Origin: a virus
Taxonomy: Duplodnaviria > Caudoviricetes
IMG/VR virus record: IMGVR_UViG_3300010361_000026
Coordinates: 1-31,668 of that record
Strand: one strand, 5' to 3'
DNA length: 31,668 nt
Positions within the stretch are counted from its first letter, which is position 1. Each line of letters begins with the position of its first letter. Below are positions 1 to 9,786 of this stretch, piece by piece. Made by a program: the position numbers and the translations under genes. The notes beneath the pieces were generated by a model that was not told where the DNA came from, searched no databases, and saw only the letters and a program-made list of their open reading frames with translations.

Positions 1-82
1 GCCGATTTTTGTCCGCGGCCGCCGACAGAAGGGGCACAGTGCGCGTGATTTGCGCCACAGTTTGAGTTAACACCTAGTACAG

Positions 83-742
83 ATGGAGACAAAGAGGCAT
101 TTAAAGTACGCGCGACCACGGGCGGCGTACGCGGCGCGGTTTAACATCGGAGTTGGCACGCTTGATGATTGGATTAGGCGCGGCAAAGAGTCTGATGATC
201 CTCCGCCCTTAGATGAGCCGGCGGACATGGGCAAGTGGTGGCAGCGTTGTATGCACGGCCCGGTGCCGCAAAAGTTCCGAGAGGTGGCCTTAAAGATTTT
301 TGAGCAGCGCGATTTTAGAGACATTAAGGGCCTCTCGATGGAAGAGAACGTTGCGGCGTTGCGCACTACGCTTGCCATCAACAAACAACTGCTCGATGAG
401 GCGCTGGCAACAAAAGATGAGGGCACCGTGGGGCTGCGCCAGCGCAATTATGAGCGGTGCTTCAACCTTTTGCGCCTTGCCGAGCAAAGCCTGTTAGACT
501 TACAAAAGAGGCGAGGGCAATTAATCGACCGCGACAAGGTGGTGGATGACCTAACTAAGATGGTGGAGAGTTACAAGCTTATGCGCGAGCGCATGACGCG
601 AGACATTATGCTATCGCTTGAGGCGCGATTGTGTTCCCGTAGGGCAAAAATCATTTACAAATTTTTGCGCGAACATTTAGAGGCGAGCATTGAGGAGGTG
701 CGCCGCGGGGAGGAGTTATTTTTTGCGAGAGGATTAAGGTGA
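83..742 (+). CDS. Putative terminase small subunit (Nu1-like)
   Basis: N-terminal HTH-like segment (YAARFNIGVGTLDDWIRRG), helical C-terminus with 'RRGQLIDRDKV' resembling lambda Nu1-type proteins, and position upstream of a GpA-type large terminase. Confidence 0.6.
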   Translation: METKRHLKYARPRAAYAARFNIGVGTLDDWIRRGKESDDPPPLDEPADMGKWWQRCMHGPVPQKFREVALKIFEQRDFRDIKGLSMEENVAALRTTLAINKQLLDEALATKDEGTVGLRQRNYERCFNLLRLAEQSLLDLQKRRGQLIDRDKVVDDLTKMVESYKLMRERMTRDIMLSLEARLCSRRAKIIYKFLREHLEASIEEVRRGEELFFARGLR

Positions 743-1035
743 TGAACGACGTTGACGTGGAGGAACTGAAAAGCGTGCTAGGGGTTCTTGAGAAACAGGA
801 ACGCCGAGTAATAGAGGAAATGTTTGGCCTAAACGATACGGCGCCGGTGCGGTGTTGTGAGATTGCGCGACGCGCGTCCGAGTTGGAGGTTGCGCGGCGC
901 CCCCTTACGCATCAGCGCATTTATGAGATTAAGATTTCCGCGTTCAAGAAAATCGCGCGAGCAATAGCGTTACAGAGGCGGGGGTTGCCCCCTACGTTAG
1001 TGACGCCTAAACTATACCGCCGTGCCAATACCTAG
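739..1035 (+). CDS. Stand-alone sigma70 region-4-like HTH protein
   Basis: LEKQERRVIEEMFGLND...EIAR...LTHQRIYEIKISAFKKI aligns by eye to the sigma70 r4 pattern (L..RE..V..MRFG....TLEEVG....VTRERIRQIE.KAL.KL). No region 2 is present. Confidence 0.7.
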   Translation: MMNDVDVEELKSVLGVLEKQERRVIEEMFGLNDTAPVRCCEIARRASELEVARRPLTHQRIYEIKISAFKKIARAIALQRRGLPPTLVTPKLYRRANT

Positions 1036-1198
1036 TCCGCGAAAAGGCGAGAAGGAGGGCGACTTTATTGGCCGTTGCATGGGCGATGGACTAATGAAGA
1101 CGGACTACAAAGATCAGAAGCAACGGTTGGCGGTTTGCTACGCAAGTTGGCGTGAGGTGCACGGTGGTAAAGCGCCGCCGGCAAAGCCTAAAAAGTGA
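1022..1198 (+). CDS. Small phage protein, 58 aa (not in the ORF track)
   Basis: My translation from GTG 1022: MPIPSPRKGEKEGDFIGRCMGDGLMKTDYKDQKQRLAVCYASWREVHGGKAPPAKPKK. It fills the gap and its TGA overlaps the next GTG. It resembles a recurring phage 'MP.P.P.KGE...FI.RCM...QR.A.CY..W' family. Confidence 0.75.
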   Translation: MPIPSPRKGEKEGDFIGRCMGDGLMKTDYKDQKQRLAVCYASWREVHGGKAPPAKPKK

Positions 1199-1497
1199 CA
1201 CTGCAGGAATTAAAAAACGAATTCGGCACGGATTTGAAAGAAGTTAAAATTCTTGCAGGGGTTTACTTTTTAATCCGGCAAGACACGGTAATTTACATAG
1301 GGCGATCCAGGAATATCCAAGAGCGGCTTGCAGTCCACAATCTTGATAAAACCAAAACCTTGCATTGGTGGGATTCTGTACTTTGCATTGAAGAACACGA
1401 CGAAAAGGAACGCGCTCGGCTTGAAACCCGTCTTATCAACACACATTGGCCGGAGCTAAATAAACAGAATGGTGGCGGCCGCCGCAAATACAAATAA
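1195..1497 (+). CDS. GIY-YIG nuclease domain protein
   Basis: GVYFL...VIYIGRSRNIQERL..H motif, with downstream E (LETRLI) and N (PELN) typical of GIY-YIG. Confidence 0.85.
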   Translation: MTLQELKNEFGTDLKEVKILAGVYFLIRQDTVIYIGRSRNIQERLAVHNLDKTKTLHWWDSVLCIEEHDEKERARLETRLINTHWPELNKQNGGGRRKYK

Positions 1498-3388
1498 CAA
1501 CTGGTACGTATTAGACAAGATTTTTGCCGAGGTCTTTAGTCCTAGTCCGGATATACCGCTGCCGGTCTGGGCGAGCAAGAATGTCTTTTTAGATCGGCGC
1601 ATGACGACGAGGCCCGGTTATTACAATCCGCTGGAGTATCCGTGGACCTGGGAGTTGCAAGAAATTATTCGCCTCCGGCGTCTTTGGGAGGCGGAGACCC
1701 CTGATGGGGCAACGGTAATCGTGGAGCCGCATACCGCGGGTGCGCGCTCAATGCGGGTGCACCAAGTGGATGTCATGAAGGGGACTCAGACGGGGTGCAC
1801 CGAGAGTGCGCTAAACGGCGTTAGGTTCATCGCGCGCTACGATCCTCAGAACGTAATCTTCGCCATCGATAATGCGCGGCAAGCGGGCGAGGTTAATGTG
1901 ATTAGGTTGCAACCCACGCTGCGGGACTTAGGGGCCGCAATCTTCACGGACAACGAGGATGATGCCTCTCAATTTATTTTGAAGCTTCGGCGCATGATCG
2001 TTTACTTTCTAGGAAGCTATTCGGAGGCAAACTTCACGCAAAAAATGTGCGAGGTAGGCATAGCAGATGAGCTTGAGGAGCACGGCAGTAAAACCACCGT
2101 GGCGGATTTGCTCTCTCGGATGAAGAGTTCAGAGAGACGGCTTCTCATAGCGATGAGCAAACCAAAATATTCCGGCGGCCCCATCGCGCGCGAACACGCT
2201 AATGGCTCTCAACATGTGGCGGAGATCCCATGTCCGGCTTGCGGAGGTTTTCAACAACTCGAGCAGGACAACATGCGCTTTAACCATTGCAAAAGCGCCG
2301 TGGGCCGCTGGGATTTTGAGCGAGTGCTGCGCGAGACTTATTTTGAATGCGTGCACTGCCAAAAGCCGATCACGGAGGACAACAAGCGATGGTTTAACAA
2401 CCGGACGCGTAGGCGATGGAGGCGCACAAATTTTGCGGGCGCGGAACCTAACCACGTGAGCTTCCATCTCTCGGACTTCCTTAGCTACGATGATAGCGTT
2501 AGTTGGGGCCGGTTGGCCATAGAGTACATAAACTCCAAAGGCGATAGAGAGAAACGTCGCACCTATCGCAACCATCACGAGGGATTGCCCTACGAGGAGC
2601 GCGCCGTGAGGACAGAGACGCACGATTTGTTGCTTTTGCGTGCCGATTACCCTCGCGGCGTGCTTCCGTGGCTCCCGCGTGCGCTTGTGCTAGGGGCAGA
2701 TGTGGGCTTAAACTACGTGAAATGGGTGGTGCTTGCCTTGCGAATAACTAGCGAATATCCTAGCGAAGCGGCCGTGATAGATTTCGGTAACGAGCTTGCC
2801 CCCGCGGACTTATTGCGTGTGATGGGAGGTAGGGAATATCTTTGCGCCGAGGACGACAAACGCTATGGGATTACGATAGGAGGCGTGGACGAGAAATATC
2901 GCAAGCTTGAAGTGCAGCAGGTTTGTATGCAAAGCGCGCGTAGGCTTTGGCCCACGGCGGGGTTGCCTAGCGATTTGTCCATTAGAAGCCTAAATTTTAG
3001 CCACATCCCGCAAAGCCCACCGTGGTTTGGGATTATCACCTATAACGACCGCGATGCAAAGCACGATTTGTACACTGATCGCATAGGGTCGTGGGCCTCA
3101 TGGATTAAAGCCGGACGTCCGGCCGAGCATCCACCGGTGGGAAGCCCGCTGCACTTGCCTCGCGACTTTAGCGATTTGCCGGCCTCGGCTTCGCGCGAGT
3201 TCATTTACGAACATACGAAAGAGAACTTAATCGAGATGCCGGGCTTGCCGAGCGCTCGCAGCTTTATGTGGAAGCGCTCGGGGCCAAACCATTACGCGGA
3301 CGCCGTTAAAGTGGCGCTGGTTATTTGGAGATTCTTTACGGCTCCTCATGATGTGAGGCCCGTCGACTTGACACCCGCCTCGAAGTAG
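1469..3388 (+). CDS. Terminase large subunit, lambda GpA family
   Basis: Walker A-like MKGTQTGCTE, Walker B-like GIADELE, CPACG and CVHC zinc motifs, SFHLS, GLPY and nuclease motifs LGADVG and NHYADA. Confidence 0.93.
   Translation: MVAAAANTNNNWYVLDKIFAEVFSPSPDIPLPVWASKNVFLDRRMTTRPGYYNPLEYPWTWELQEIIRLRRLWEAETPDGATVIVEPHTAGARSMRVHQVDVMKGTQTGCTESALNGVRFIARYDPQNVIFAIDNARQAGEVNVIRLQPTLRDLGAAIFTDNEDDASQFILKLRRMIVYFLGSYSEANFTQKMCEVGIADELEEHGSKTTVADLLSRMKSSERRLLIAMSKPKYSGGPIAREHANGSQHVAEIPCPACGGFQQLEQDNMRFNHCKSAVGRWDFERVLRETYFECVHCQKPITEDNKRWFNNRTRRRWRRTNFAGAEPNHVSFHLSDFLSYDDSVSWGRLAIEYINSKGDREKRRTYRNHHEGLPYEERAVRTETHDLLLLRADYPRGVLPWLPRALVLGADVGLNYVKWVVLALRITSEYPSEAAVIDFGNELAPADLLRVMGGREYLCAEDDKRYGITIGGVDEKYRKLEVQQVCMQSARRLWPTAGLPSDLSIRSLNFSHIPQSPPWFGIITYNDRDAKHDLYTDRIGSWASWIKAGRPAEHPPVGSPLHLPRDFSDLPASASREFIYEHTKENLIEMPGLPSARSFMWKRSGPNHYADAVKVALVIWRFFTAPHDVRPVDLTPASK
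3368..3373 (+). promoter_or_regulatory. YTTGACA motif 17 nt before ATG 3391
   Basis: cTTGACAcccgcctcgaagtagctATG; one of a recurring set (see findings). Confidence 0.55.
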
Positions 3389-3390
3389 CT

Positions 3391-3702
3391 ATGGCTCAAG
3401 AGGCAACTTTTTCGGAACAGCGTGCGGCTGCGGCGGGTTATCTGGCGTTCACGTATCCAGGAGACGCGGACTCAATCAGAGCCATCATGGACGCGGCGTG
3501 GGCGGACGCCAAAGCCGGGAAGACCGTGGTCAGCACAAGCTACGAAGGGGCAAGCACTTCGTCGATCCTCACGGGGCTCGATCCTACGGCGATTCTCGCC
3601 GCGTGTCAAGATGTTTTAAGCTCCATGGGGGTGGCGGGGGCTACCTCAACGGCCTCGCGCTCAATTTTCACCCGCTTTGGTTCTCAAGTGGCACAAACGT
3701 AG
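3391..3702 (+). CDS. Putative head-tail joining protein (gpW position)
   Basis: 103-aa ORF between terminase and portal, syntenic with lambda W; no strong motif. Confidence 0.55.
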   Translation: MAQEATFSEQRAAAAGYLAFTYPGDADSIRAIMDAAWADAKAGKTVVSTSYEGASTSSILTGLDPTAILAACQDVLSSMGVAGATSTASRSIFTRFGSQVAQT

Positions 3703-5325
3703 ATGGACGAATCCCTCCCTATTCAAGTGCGTGCGCGCCAGAGAATGCGTCGAAACGCGCGCACCCCGAGCGCCATAGGCGTTGCGGGCGCGATACCCGC
3801 AAACATAGGCGCATCTCCTGGCGGCAATGGCGATTACGCCATGAGTTTAAAGGCATGGAGCGCATACGAGGGCGCTAATTGGAGCCAAAACCGGGGCTGG
3901 ATCTATTTTCCCACGCTTTATTCTAAAAGTGACCTTGACCAATACACGTTAATCGAATTAAGGCGCAAAAGCCGGTGGCTCTACGTAAACGTGGGCCTCG
4001 CCACGCGCGTGATCGATGGTATCGCAAAGATGGTGGGCAGCCTCACGCCCGTGCCGCAGACGGACGACAAAGATTGGAACGACCTTGCGCTGCAAAGCTT
4101 CACGGACAACGCCGGGGCAGAGATTGTATTCGATCAGAGCGGCAAATTTAATTTTTGGAGCTGTCAGCCCATGCTCACAGCCCTACGGCTTCTGGACGGC
4201 GATGCCCTAGCGGTCTTAACCGCAACGCAAAGCGACATTGCCTCGGTCATGTTTTACGAGGCTCACCAAATCGCCAATGCCGATAACACATTCCTTGACC
4301 AAGATCAATGGACGACGGGCGTGATGGCAAACCCGCAAAATCGACCCCTACAATATCGGATTGTCACCGATGATGGCAAAAAGAGCGTGGACATAAGCGC
4401 CTCGGATGCCATCCTGCATTGCCTTTTTCGACGCCCTTGCCGTCAAAGAGGCGAGCCCGCGATGCGTCATGCGATAAACCACCTACTTGACCGCACCGAG
4501 ATCCTAGGGTTTCTCAAGACGAGCATGAAAAACGCGGCCACAATCGGCTATCAGATTACCAGAACTCCGCAGTTCTCCGGCCCCGTAAACTTGCCGGCGC
4601 TTAATCAAGGCCCGATTGACTTTACCGTGCCCTCAAGCGGCGCCGTGATAAAGGTGGAGGATGCCTTTAGCGGCACAAAAACGCCGGTTATGAATCCTGG
4701 CGAGGAGATTAAAATGCTGCTGGATGAACGGCCGCACCCTAATCAGATCGAGGGCATGGACTATTTGGTGCGCGACATCGCGTGGGGCTTTGATATCTCG
4801 CCGGATTTGCTCTGGAACATCGCAAAGGTGGGAGGCGCCGACACGCGCTATTTGCTGGCGGACGCGCAAAAGACCGTCGAGAATATGCAAACGCTTCTCG
4901 CGGATCAATTTTGCTCCCGCTTTTGGATTTATTACATCGCGAAGGAATTAAAGGCGGGCCGTCTTAGGCAACCCACCGACCCTCAATGGTGGCGGCATTC
5001 GTGGCAACCCGAGCAAAAGTTAACGGTGGACATAGGCCGCGACGGTAAGCTTTACCTGGACATGCACAAGGCCGGTTTAATTAGCCTCCAGCGGTATTTT
5101 AGCTCGGCTTATGGCGCAAGTTGGCAGCCGGAGATGAAAGAATACCTAGACGAACGCAAATGGATCGTGGACGAGATCGAGGCGCGCGGCTTAACTTACG
5201 AGCAAGCGTTCCCGCCAGCGCCCGGCGTGCAGAACATCACGCAACGAGAGCAAGCCTCAGAGACCGCCACCGGAGCAGAGGTACCCGTGACACCTAAAAA
5301 AGGCGGCGGAGGAGGAGGCGCATGA
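3703..5325 (+). CDS. Portal protein, lambda family
   Basis: AYEGA, LRRKSRWLYVN, DGDALAVL, RQRGEP, RDIAWGFDIS and W+P motifs of lambda-type portals, plus synteny. Confidence 0.92.
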   Translation: MDESLPIQVRARQRMRRNARTPSAIGVAGAIPANIGASPGGNGDYAMSLKAWSAYEGANWSQNRGWIYFPTLYSKSDLDQYTLIELRRKSRWLYVNVGLATRVIDGIAKMVGSLTPVPQTDDKDWNDLALQSFTDNAGAEIVFDQSGKFNFWSCQPMLTALRLLDGDALAVLTATQSDIASVMFYEAHQIANADNTFLDQDQWTTGVMANPQNRPLQYRIVTDDGKKSVDISASDAILHCLFRRPCRQRGEPAMRHAINHLLDRTEILGFLKTSMKNAATIGYQITRTPQFSGPVNLPALNQGPIDFTVPSSGAVIKVEDAFSGTKTPVMNPGEEIKMLLDERPHPNQIEGMDYLVRDIAWGFDISPDLLWNIAKVGGADTRYLLADAQKTVENMQTLLADQFCSRFWIYYIAKELKAGRLRQPTDPQWWRHSWQPEQKLTVDIGRDGKLYLDMHKAGLISLQRYFSSAYGASWQPEMKEYLDERKWIVDEIEARGLTYEQAFPPAPGVQNITQREQASETATGAEVPVTPKKGGGGGGA

Positions 5326-5696
5326 TTATCGCCACAGATTTTGATGGCGTGAATTTCTACGGAGGCGACACCTTTGATCTCAATCTTAATTGGAAGGACG
5401 CCAACGGCAACCTCTTTAACCTCACTGGGTGGCACGCGAGGCTGCGCTTTTACACCAGCAAAACCGCCGATCGCACCGCCCCACAAATTGAGATCACCGA
5501 CACGACGAACGCCATAACGCTCGGCAAAATAACGCTAGGCACCGCAAGCCCCAACATAGCTTGCAACATGCCCGACGAGGTTACGGGCAACTACGACACC
5601 ACGCCGCCGGGCTATTACATTTTAGAGGTGGAGGACACAAGCGGCGCATGGCAACGCCTAATGGAAGGCAAAATCGTTTACCGCAAGAAATCATGA
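5322..5696 (+). CDS. Putative virion structural or adaptor protein
   Basis: GDTFDLNLNWKDANGNLFNLTGWHAR...YILEV...RLMEGKI pattern, often seen before phage fibre genes. ATGA overlap with the portal gene. Confidence 0.6.
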   Translation: MIIATDFDGVNFYGGDTFDLNLNWKDANGNLFNLTGWHARLRFYTSKTADRTAPQIEITDTTNAITLGKITLGTASPNIACNMPDEVTGNYDTTPPGYYILEVEDTSGAWQRLMEGKIVYRKKS

Positions 5697-6169
5697 TTGA
5701 GGTAATAGAGAACCAGACGACGGCGGAATTGCTGGACACACCTACCACGGTCGATTTAGGTGCGGCAACAAATGTTGATATCATTACGGCTATGGTCACA
5801 GCCCTCGAGGTGCTCGAGACGCAAGCGCCTATCGATGTCATAGGTGTGCCCGCCTCCATCGACTTAAGCGCCGTGCAATCTACGGTGATCGAGGTGGCCT
5901 CTCCAGGGCCGCAAGGGCCCACGGGCCCCACCGGCGCGCCCGGCACTGGAGCGGCTATTTTCAACGAGACACCAACCGGTACCATCAACGGCGTAAACAC
6001 CAATTTCTTAGCGGCTAACAATTTTAGAAGTGAGACGCTCGCCGTTTACCTAAACGGCATAAGGCAGCGTCCCACAGATGATTTTATTGTTGTAGGTACT
6101 AACGGTTTTCAGACTACTGTGGCTCCACTTCCGAACGATAAGTTCTCAATCGATTACTTCCTACTCTAA
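5693..6169 (+). CDS. Fibre/decoration-like protein with short collagen-like stretch
   Basis: Likely start ATG 5693 (ATGA overlap). GPQGPTGPTGAPG triplets, then a C-terminal ETPTGTINGVNTNF...VYLNG domain. Confidence 0.7.
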   Translation: MIEVIENQTTAELLDTPTTVDLGAATNVDIITAMVTALEVLETQAPIDVIGVPASIDLSAVQSTVIEVASPGPQGPTGPTGAPGTGAAIFNETPTGTINGVNTNFLAANNFRSETLAVYLNGIRQRPTDDFIVVGTNGFQTTVAPLPNDKFSIDYFLL

Positions 6170-7813
6170 ATGGCTACAACACAGATACGCGGCAACACAC
6201 AGATAATGGCGGGCACCATTGTCGATGCCCAAATCAGCGCCACCGCAGCAATCGTCACAACTAAGCTTGCCGATTCAGCAAATTTCATCCTTCGCACCGG
6301 CGTAACGGCATTCACCGCGAATCAGTCAATGGGTGGCTTCGCGCTAACAAACTTGGCGACTCCAGTATCCGCGACAGATGCTGCGCGCAAAGATTATGTG
6401 GACAATGTTGCGCAAGGCCTAGCCGCCAAGCAATCAGTGCGCGTCTTAGCATCGGCAAACGTTACGCAATCGGGCACGCAAACGATAGACGGCGTTGCGT
6501 TATCTGCCGGCGACACTGTTCTTTGCATAGGTCAGACCACCGGCTCGCAAAACGGCTCATGGACGGTGGCCTCCGGTGCGTGGACGCGCACTCCAGATTT
6601 CGCGGACGTAAACGACGCAGTCCGGAGTCCTTATTGGTTTGTAGGGGAAGGCACCACTAACGCCGGCAGTGGATGGGTAATGACCACGTGGCCGTATACT
6701 ATCGGGACAACGGCGCTCTCATTTACTCAATTCTCGGGCGCCGGGGAGATCATCGCTGGCAATGGATTATCAAAATCCGGCAACACGCTCTCAATCAATA
6801 CGGCCGTCACGGTGGACGTAAACAGCATTCAAACGCTGACTAATAAGTCCATCGTAGCAACACAGTTAACCGGGACGCTACAAGCGGCTCAATTCCCAGC
6901 GCTAACCGGAGATGTCACGACCTCCGCTGGTTCGCTTGCCACGACTATCGCCAACAGTGCGGTTACGTTGGCTAAGATGGCAAACCTCGCCGCCAATAGC
7001 GTTATTGGTAATACCTCCGGCAGTGCCGCCGTGCCTGCGGCAGTCAGTCTAGTTAGCACGGCTACCGCAAGCACAGTCCCATTCCGTGACGCCAACGCCA
7101 ATTTTCAGTTAAACAACCTCATCGAGAACATGACTACCACCGCTACGGCGGCTGGTACGACGACGCTCACGATCTCCAGTTCAAAGACTCAGCAATTCAC
7201 GGGCTCTAGCACTCAAACTATGGTGCTGCCTAACGCGACGACGTTGCAAAATGGTCATCAATTCTACGCGATGAATCGTTCAAGCGGGGCCGTGACCGTC
7301 AACATGAACGGCGGCACTCTGCTGCAGACGATGGCGGCGAGCAGTTTTTGTTTATTCACGCTGATAAATAACGGCACGGCCGCGGGCACGTGGGATTCTG
7401 CCTACAGCTCTGGCGGCGGGTCTGGCACCGTCACTACTGTCTCGGTGGTCACCGCAAACGGCTTTGCTGGCACTGTTGCGAACGCTGGGACGACCCCGGC
7501 AATCACGATCTCAACGACAGTAACCGGCGTGCTAAAAGGCAATGGGACGTCGATCTCTGCTGCGGTTGCGGGTACCGATTTCATGGCGCCCTCAGATTTT
7601 GTCGTGCGCGAAACGCCCACCGGATCTGTTAATGGCGTGAACACCAGCTTCACCCTCGCGAACACTCCTATCGCGGGCACGGAGCAAGTCTTTTTGAACG
7701 GCTTACTACAGGAGCCCGGCGCAGGGAACGATTACACGATTAGTGGCGCAACGATCACCTATCTAACCGCACCGCTAACAAACGACCGGTTGAGGGTTAG
7801 CTACTACAAATAA
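6170..7813 (+). CDS. Ser/Thr-rich fibre-like virion protein
   Basis: NLATPVSATDAARKDYVD and IDGVAL.AGD.VL...Q....NG fibre motifs, AGNGLSKSGNTLS, and a C-terminal ETPTG domain. Confidence 0.75.
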   Translation: MATTQIRGNTQIMAGTIVDAQISATAAIVTTKLADSANFILRTGVTAFTANQSMGGFALTNLATPVSATDAARKDYVDNVAQGLAAKQSVRVLASANVTQSGTQTIDGVALSAGDTVLCIGQTTGSQNGSWTVASGAWTRTPDFADVNDAVRSPYWFVGEGTTNAGSGWVMTTWPYTIGTTALSFTQFSGAGEIIAGNGLSKSGNTLSINTAVTVDVNSIQTLTNKSIVATQLTGTLQAAQFPALTGDVTTSAGSLATTIANSAVTLAKMANLAANSVIGNTSGSAAVPAAVSLVSTATASTVPFRDANANFQLNNLIENMTTTATAAGTTTLTISSSKTQQFTGSSTQTMVLPNATTLQNGHQFYAMNRSSGAVTVNMNGGTLLQTMAASSFCLFTLINNGTAAGTWDSAYSSGGGSGTVTTVSVVTANGFAGTVANAGTTPAITISTTVTGVLKGNGTSISAAVAGTDFMAPSDFVVRETPTGSVNGVNTSFTLANTPIAGTEQVFLNGLLQEPGAGNDYTISGATITYLTAPLTNDRLRVSYYK

Positions 7814-7814
7814 A

Positions 7815-8024
7815 ATGGTCGAAATGCACATTAGTTACGACGAAAGCACCGGCAATGTGAACGTAAACGGCCCGGTACACAACAAGGGGCTTTGCTACCT
7901 AATGCTCGAGTGTGCCCGCGATGCAGTGAAAGACCACGTTGACGCCATTCAGAGGAACGCGGAAGCAATTCTTCCACAGAACGGCTTGGTTTTTCGCGGA
8001 CAGGGCAAGCGAGGAAGACGATGA
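7815..8024 (+). CDS. Hypothetical protein
   Basis: 69-aa ORF tightly packed between neighbours with 1-nt gaps. Confidence 0.65.
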   Translation: MVEMHISYDESTGNVNVNGPVHNKGLCYLMLECARDAVKDHVDAIQRNAEAILPQNGLVFRGQGKRGRR

Positions 8025-8025
8025 C

Positions 8026-8349
8026 ATGGCTGCGACTAGCGTTAGAAGTGCTCAGATTACCGACGGGACAGTGCAACGCGCCGACTTGTCCGTTAGCGGC
8101 GCAGTCAATACAAACGTCATCGCAAAATTAATCCAGCCGGCTAACGGCAGCATTACGCTTACCAGCACTGGCGTAGATGCTGGCACGGGCGATGTTACAC
8201 CTACATTGCCCAGCACAATACCATCCGGCGCGATTACGCAGCTTTACATCGGCAGCAAAGCACGCTTAACCGCTCTCTCTAATGGATTGCAATTAGAAGT
8301 GCAAGATAGCGGGGGCACTTGGCACACGGAAGTTCAATGGACAGAATAA
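8026..8349 (+). CDS. Small fibre-like protein
   Basis: Likely start ATG 8026 (MAATSVRSAQITDGTV...). Its N-terminus resembles that of the 6170 protein. Confidence 0.65.
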   Translation: MAATSVRSAQITDGTVQRADLSVSGAVNTNVIAKLIQPANGSITLTSTGVDAGTGDVTPTLPSTIPSGAITQLYIGSKARLTALSNGLQLEVQDSGGTWHTEVQWTE

Positions 8350-9785
8350 GATTTCTTTTGTTGTTGATCCTTTTGACGACGGCGGCAGAAATCCGTGCGG
8401 CGCAAACAACAAACGTTCAAGACATATGGAATCAAACGCTCACCATTGCATCTAGCGCGAGCGCAACGCTTGACGATCTCAAGGTGCAAGCTGCTACGAC
8501 CACAGTCACGGGCACAACCGCGATAACAACCAGCACCGGCTTTAACAAGATTTCAATTTATCAACCAACATTCACAGATGCCTCCGCCGTTACCATTACG
8601 AATGCTGCCACCGTTTACATTGCGGGCGCCCCACTAGCGGCTGGATCATTGACCATTACCAAGCCCTTCGCGTTATGGGTTGCGGCTGGTGCGACTCGAC
8701 TTGATGGCGTAATTAACCTAGCCGGCTCTACCGGCACAAGTGGCCAAGTATTAACAAGTCAAGGCGCAAGCGTTCCAATTTGGGCAAATGTAGCTGGAGG
8801 ATCGAACGGCAGCGTCCAATATAATAGTTCCGGAGCATCGGCTGGCAATTCCATACTCACTTACGATGGGTTTTACAATTTCTTGATGACCAGCACCAAC
8901 AATGCCATCAGTTTCATGAAGGTGATCAATAGCAGCACCGGCGCCTCTGCCGACGCTGCGTTTATAGTGCAAGGAGCCGCTAACGTCGCCGAGTTTGGTT
9001 CTCGCGGCACAAATGAAACGGCAACGGGAGTGATGGCTGGCGGCGATGCTTATGTTTACAACCTTCACAATTCAGGTGTTGGCGATCTCGCGATTGCATC
9101 CGAAACGATAATTAAGTTTGGAGCCGGATCGGGAGATACCGAAGTCGCGCGCATCACTAGCACCGGCTTGCAACTCGGTAACGCCACACAAGACACGGGG
9201 CTAGCACGCAATGCGGCCGGCGTGGTTGAGGTCAACAATGGCACGGCGGCAACCTATAGAGATGTCAAGCTAAGAAACGTAAACTTTCAGGGCGCGCCTT
9301 TCTGCGCCGTCATTACAAGCACGACTGATCAGACAACCACCGGGCCTCAGACTCACATCACCTACACAATTCCGGCCAACTCGGTGGTCGTCGGAACAAC
9401 CTACCACTATGTTATTTGGGGCAATTTCGATAATGGAACGACACAGATCACATACACGGTTCAATCGATGCTTGGTGGCAATCAGATTGGCAACCTAACT
9501 TTCAACAGCCTTGCGTCGGCGCAAACCAACAAAGAGTGGAGGGCTGAGGGCAATGTGATCTTTCGGACGACTGGCAGCAGTGGGACAGCTTTCGCTGAGC
9601 AACAGGTCAAAGTCAATGGCGCAACGACAACCGACACCGATTCCTACCACCTTTTCAATCTTACAAGCGCCTTGACGGTTAACACAACCACGACAGAAAC
9701 GCTTCTCGTGCAACTCTGGATGAGCGCAACCACGGGCACCCCGCACATCCGATCACTCGGAGGTTATATCCAACAAGTAAACTAA
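8337..9785 (+). CDS. Thr/Ser/Gly-rich beta protein with signal-peptide-like N-terminus
   Basis: From ATG 8337: MDRIRFLLLLILLTTAAEIRA/AQ. The body has fibre-like motifs GTSGQVLTSQG and GSNGSVQYNSSG. Confidence 0.7.
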   Translation: MDRIRFLLLLILLTTAAEIRAAQTTNVQDIWNQTLTIASSASATLDDLKVQAATTTVTGTTAITTSTGFNKISIYQPTFTDASAVTITNAATVYIAGAPLAAGSLTITKPFALWVAAGATRLDGVINLAGSTGTSGQVLTSQGASVPIWANVAGGSNGSVQYNSSGASAGNSILTYDGFYNFLMTSTNNAISFMKVINSSTGASADAAFIVQGAANVAEFGSRGTNETATGVMAGGDAYVYNLHNSGVGDLAIASETIIKFGAGSGDTEVARITSTGLQLGNATQDTGLARNAAGVVEVNNGTAATYRDVKLRNVNFQGAPFCAVITSTTDQTTTGPQTHITYTIPANSVVVGTTYHYVIWGNFDNGTTQITYTVQSMLGGNQIGNLTFNSLASAQTNKEWRAEGNVIFRTTGSSGTAFAEQQVKVNGATTTDTDSYHLFNLTSALTVNTTTTETLLVQLWMSATTGTPHIRSLGGYIQQVN

Positions 9786-9786
9786 A

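Noticed and set aside
1-82. Possible cos site upstream of the small terminase gene
   Set aside because: The position fits, but I see no clear cos symmetry or repeated binding sites, and the context is cut by the window edge.
5966-7813. ETPTG-domain pair as a diversity-generating retroelement template/variable repeat
   Set aside because: Differences are not adenine-specific, both copies are coding and well diverged, and no reverse transcriptase is in the window.
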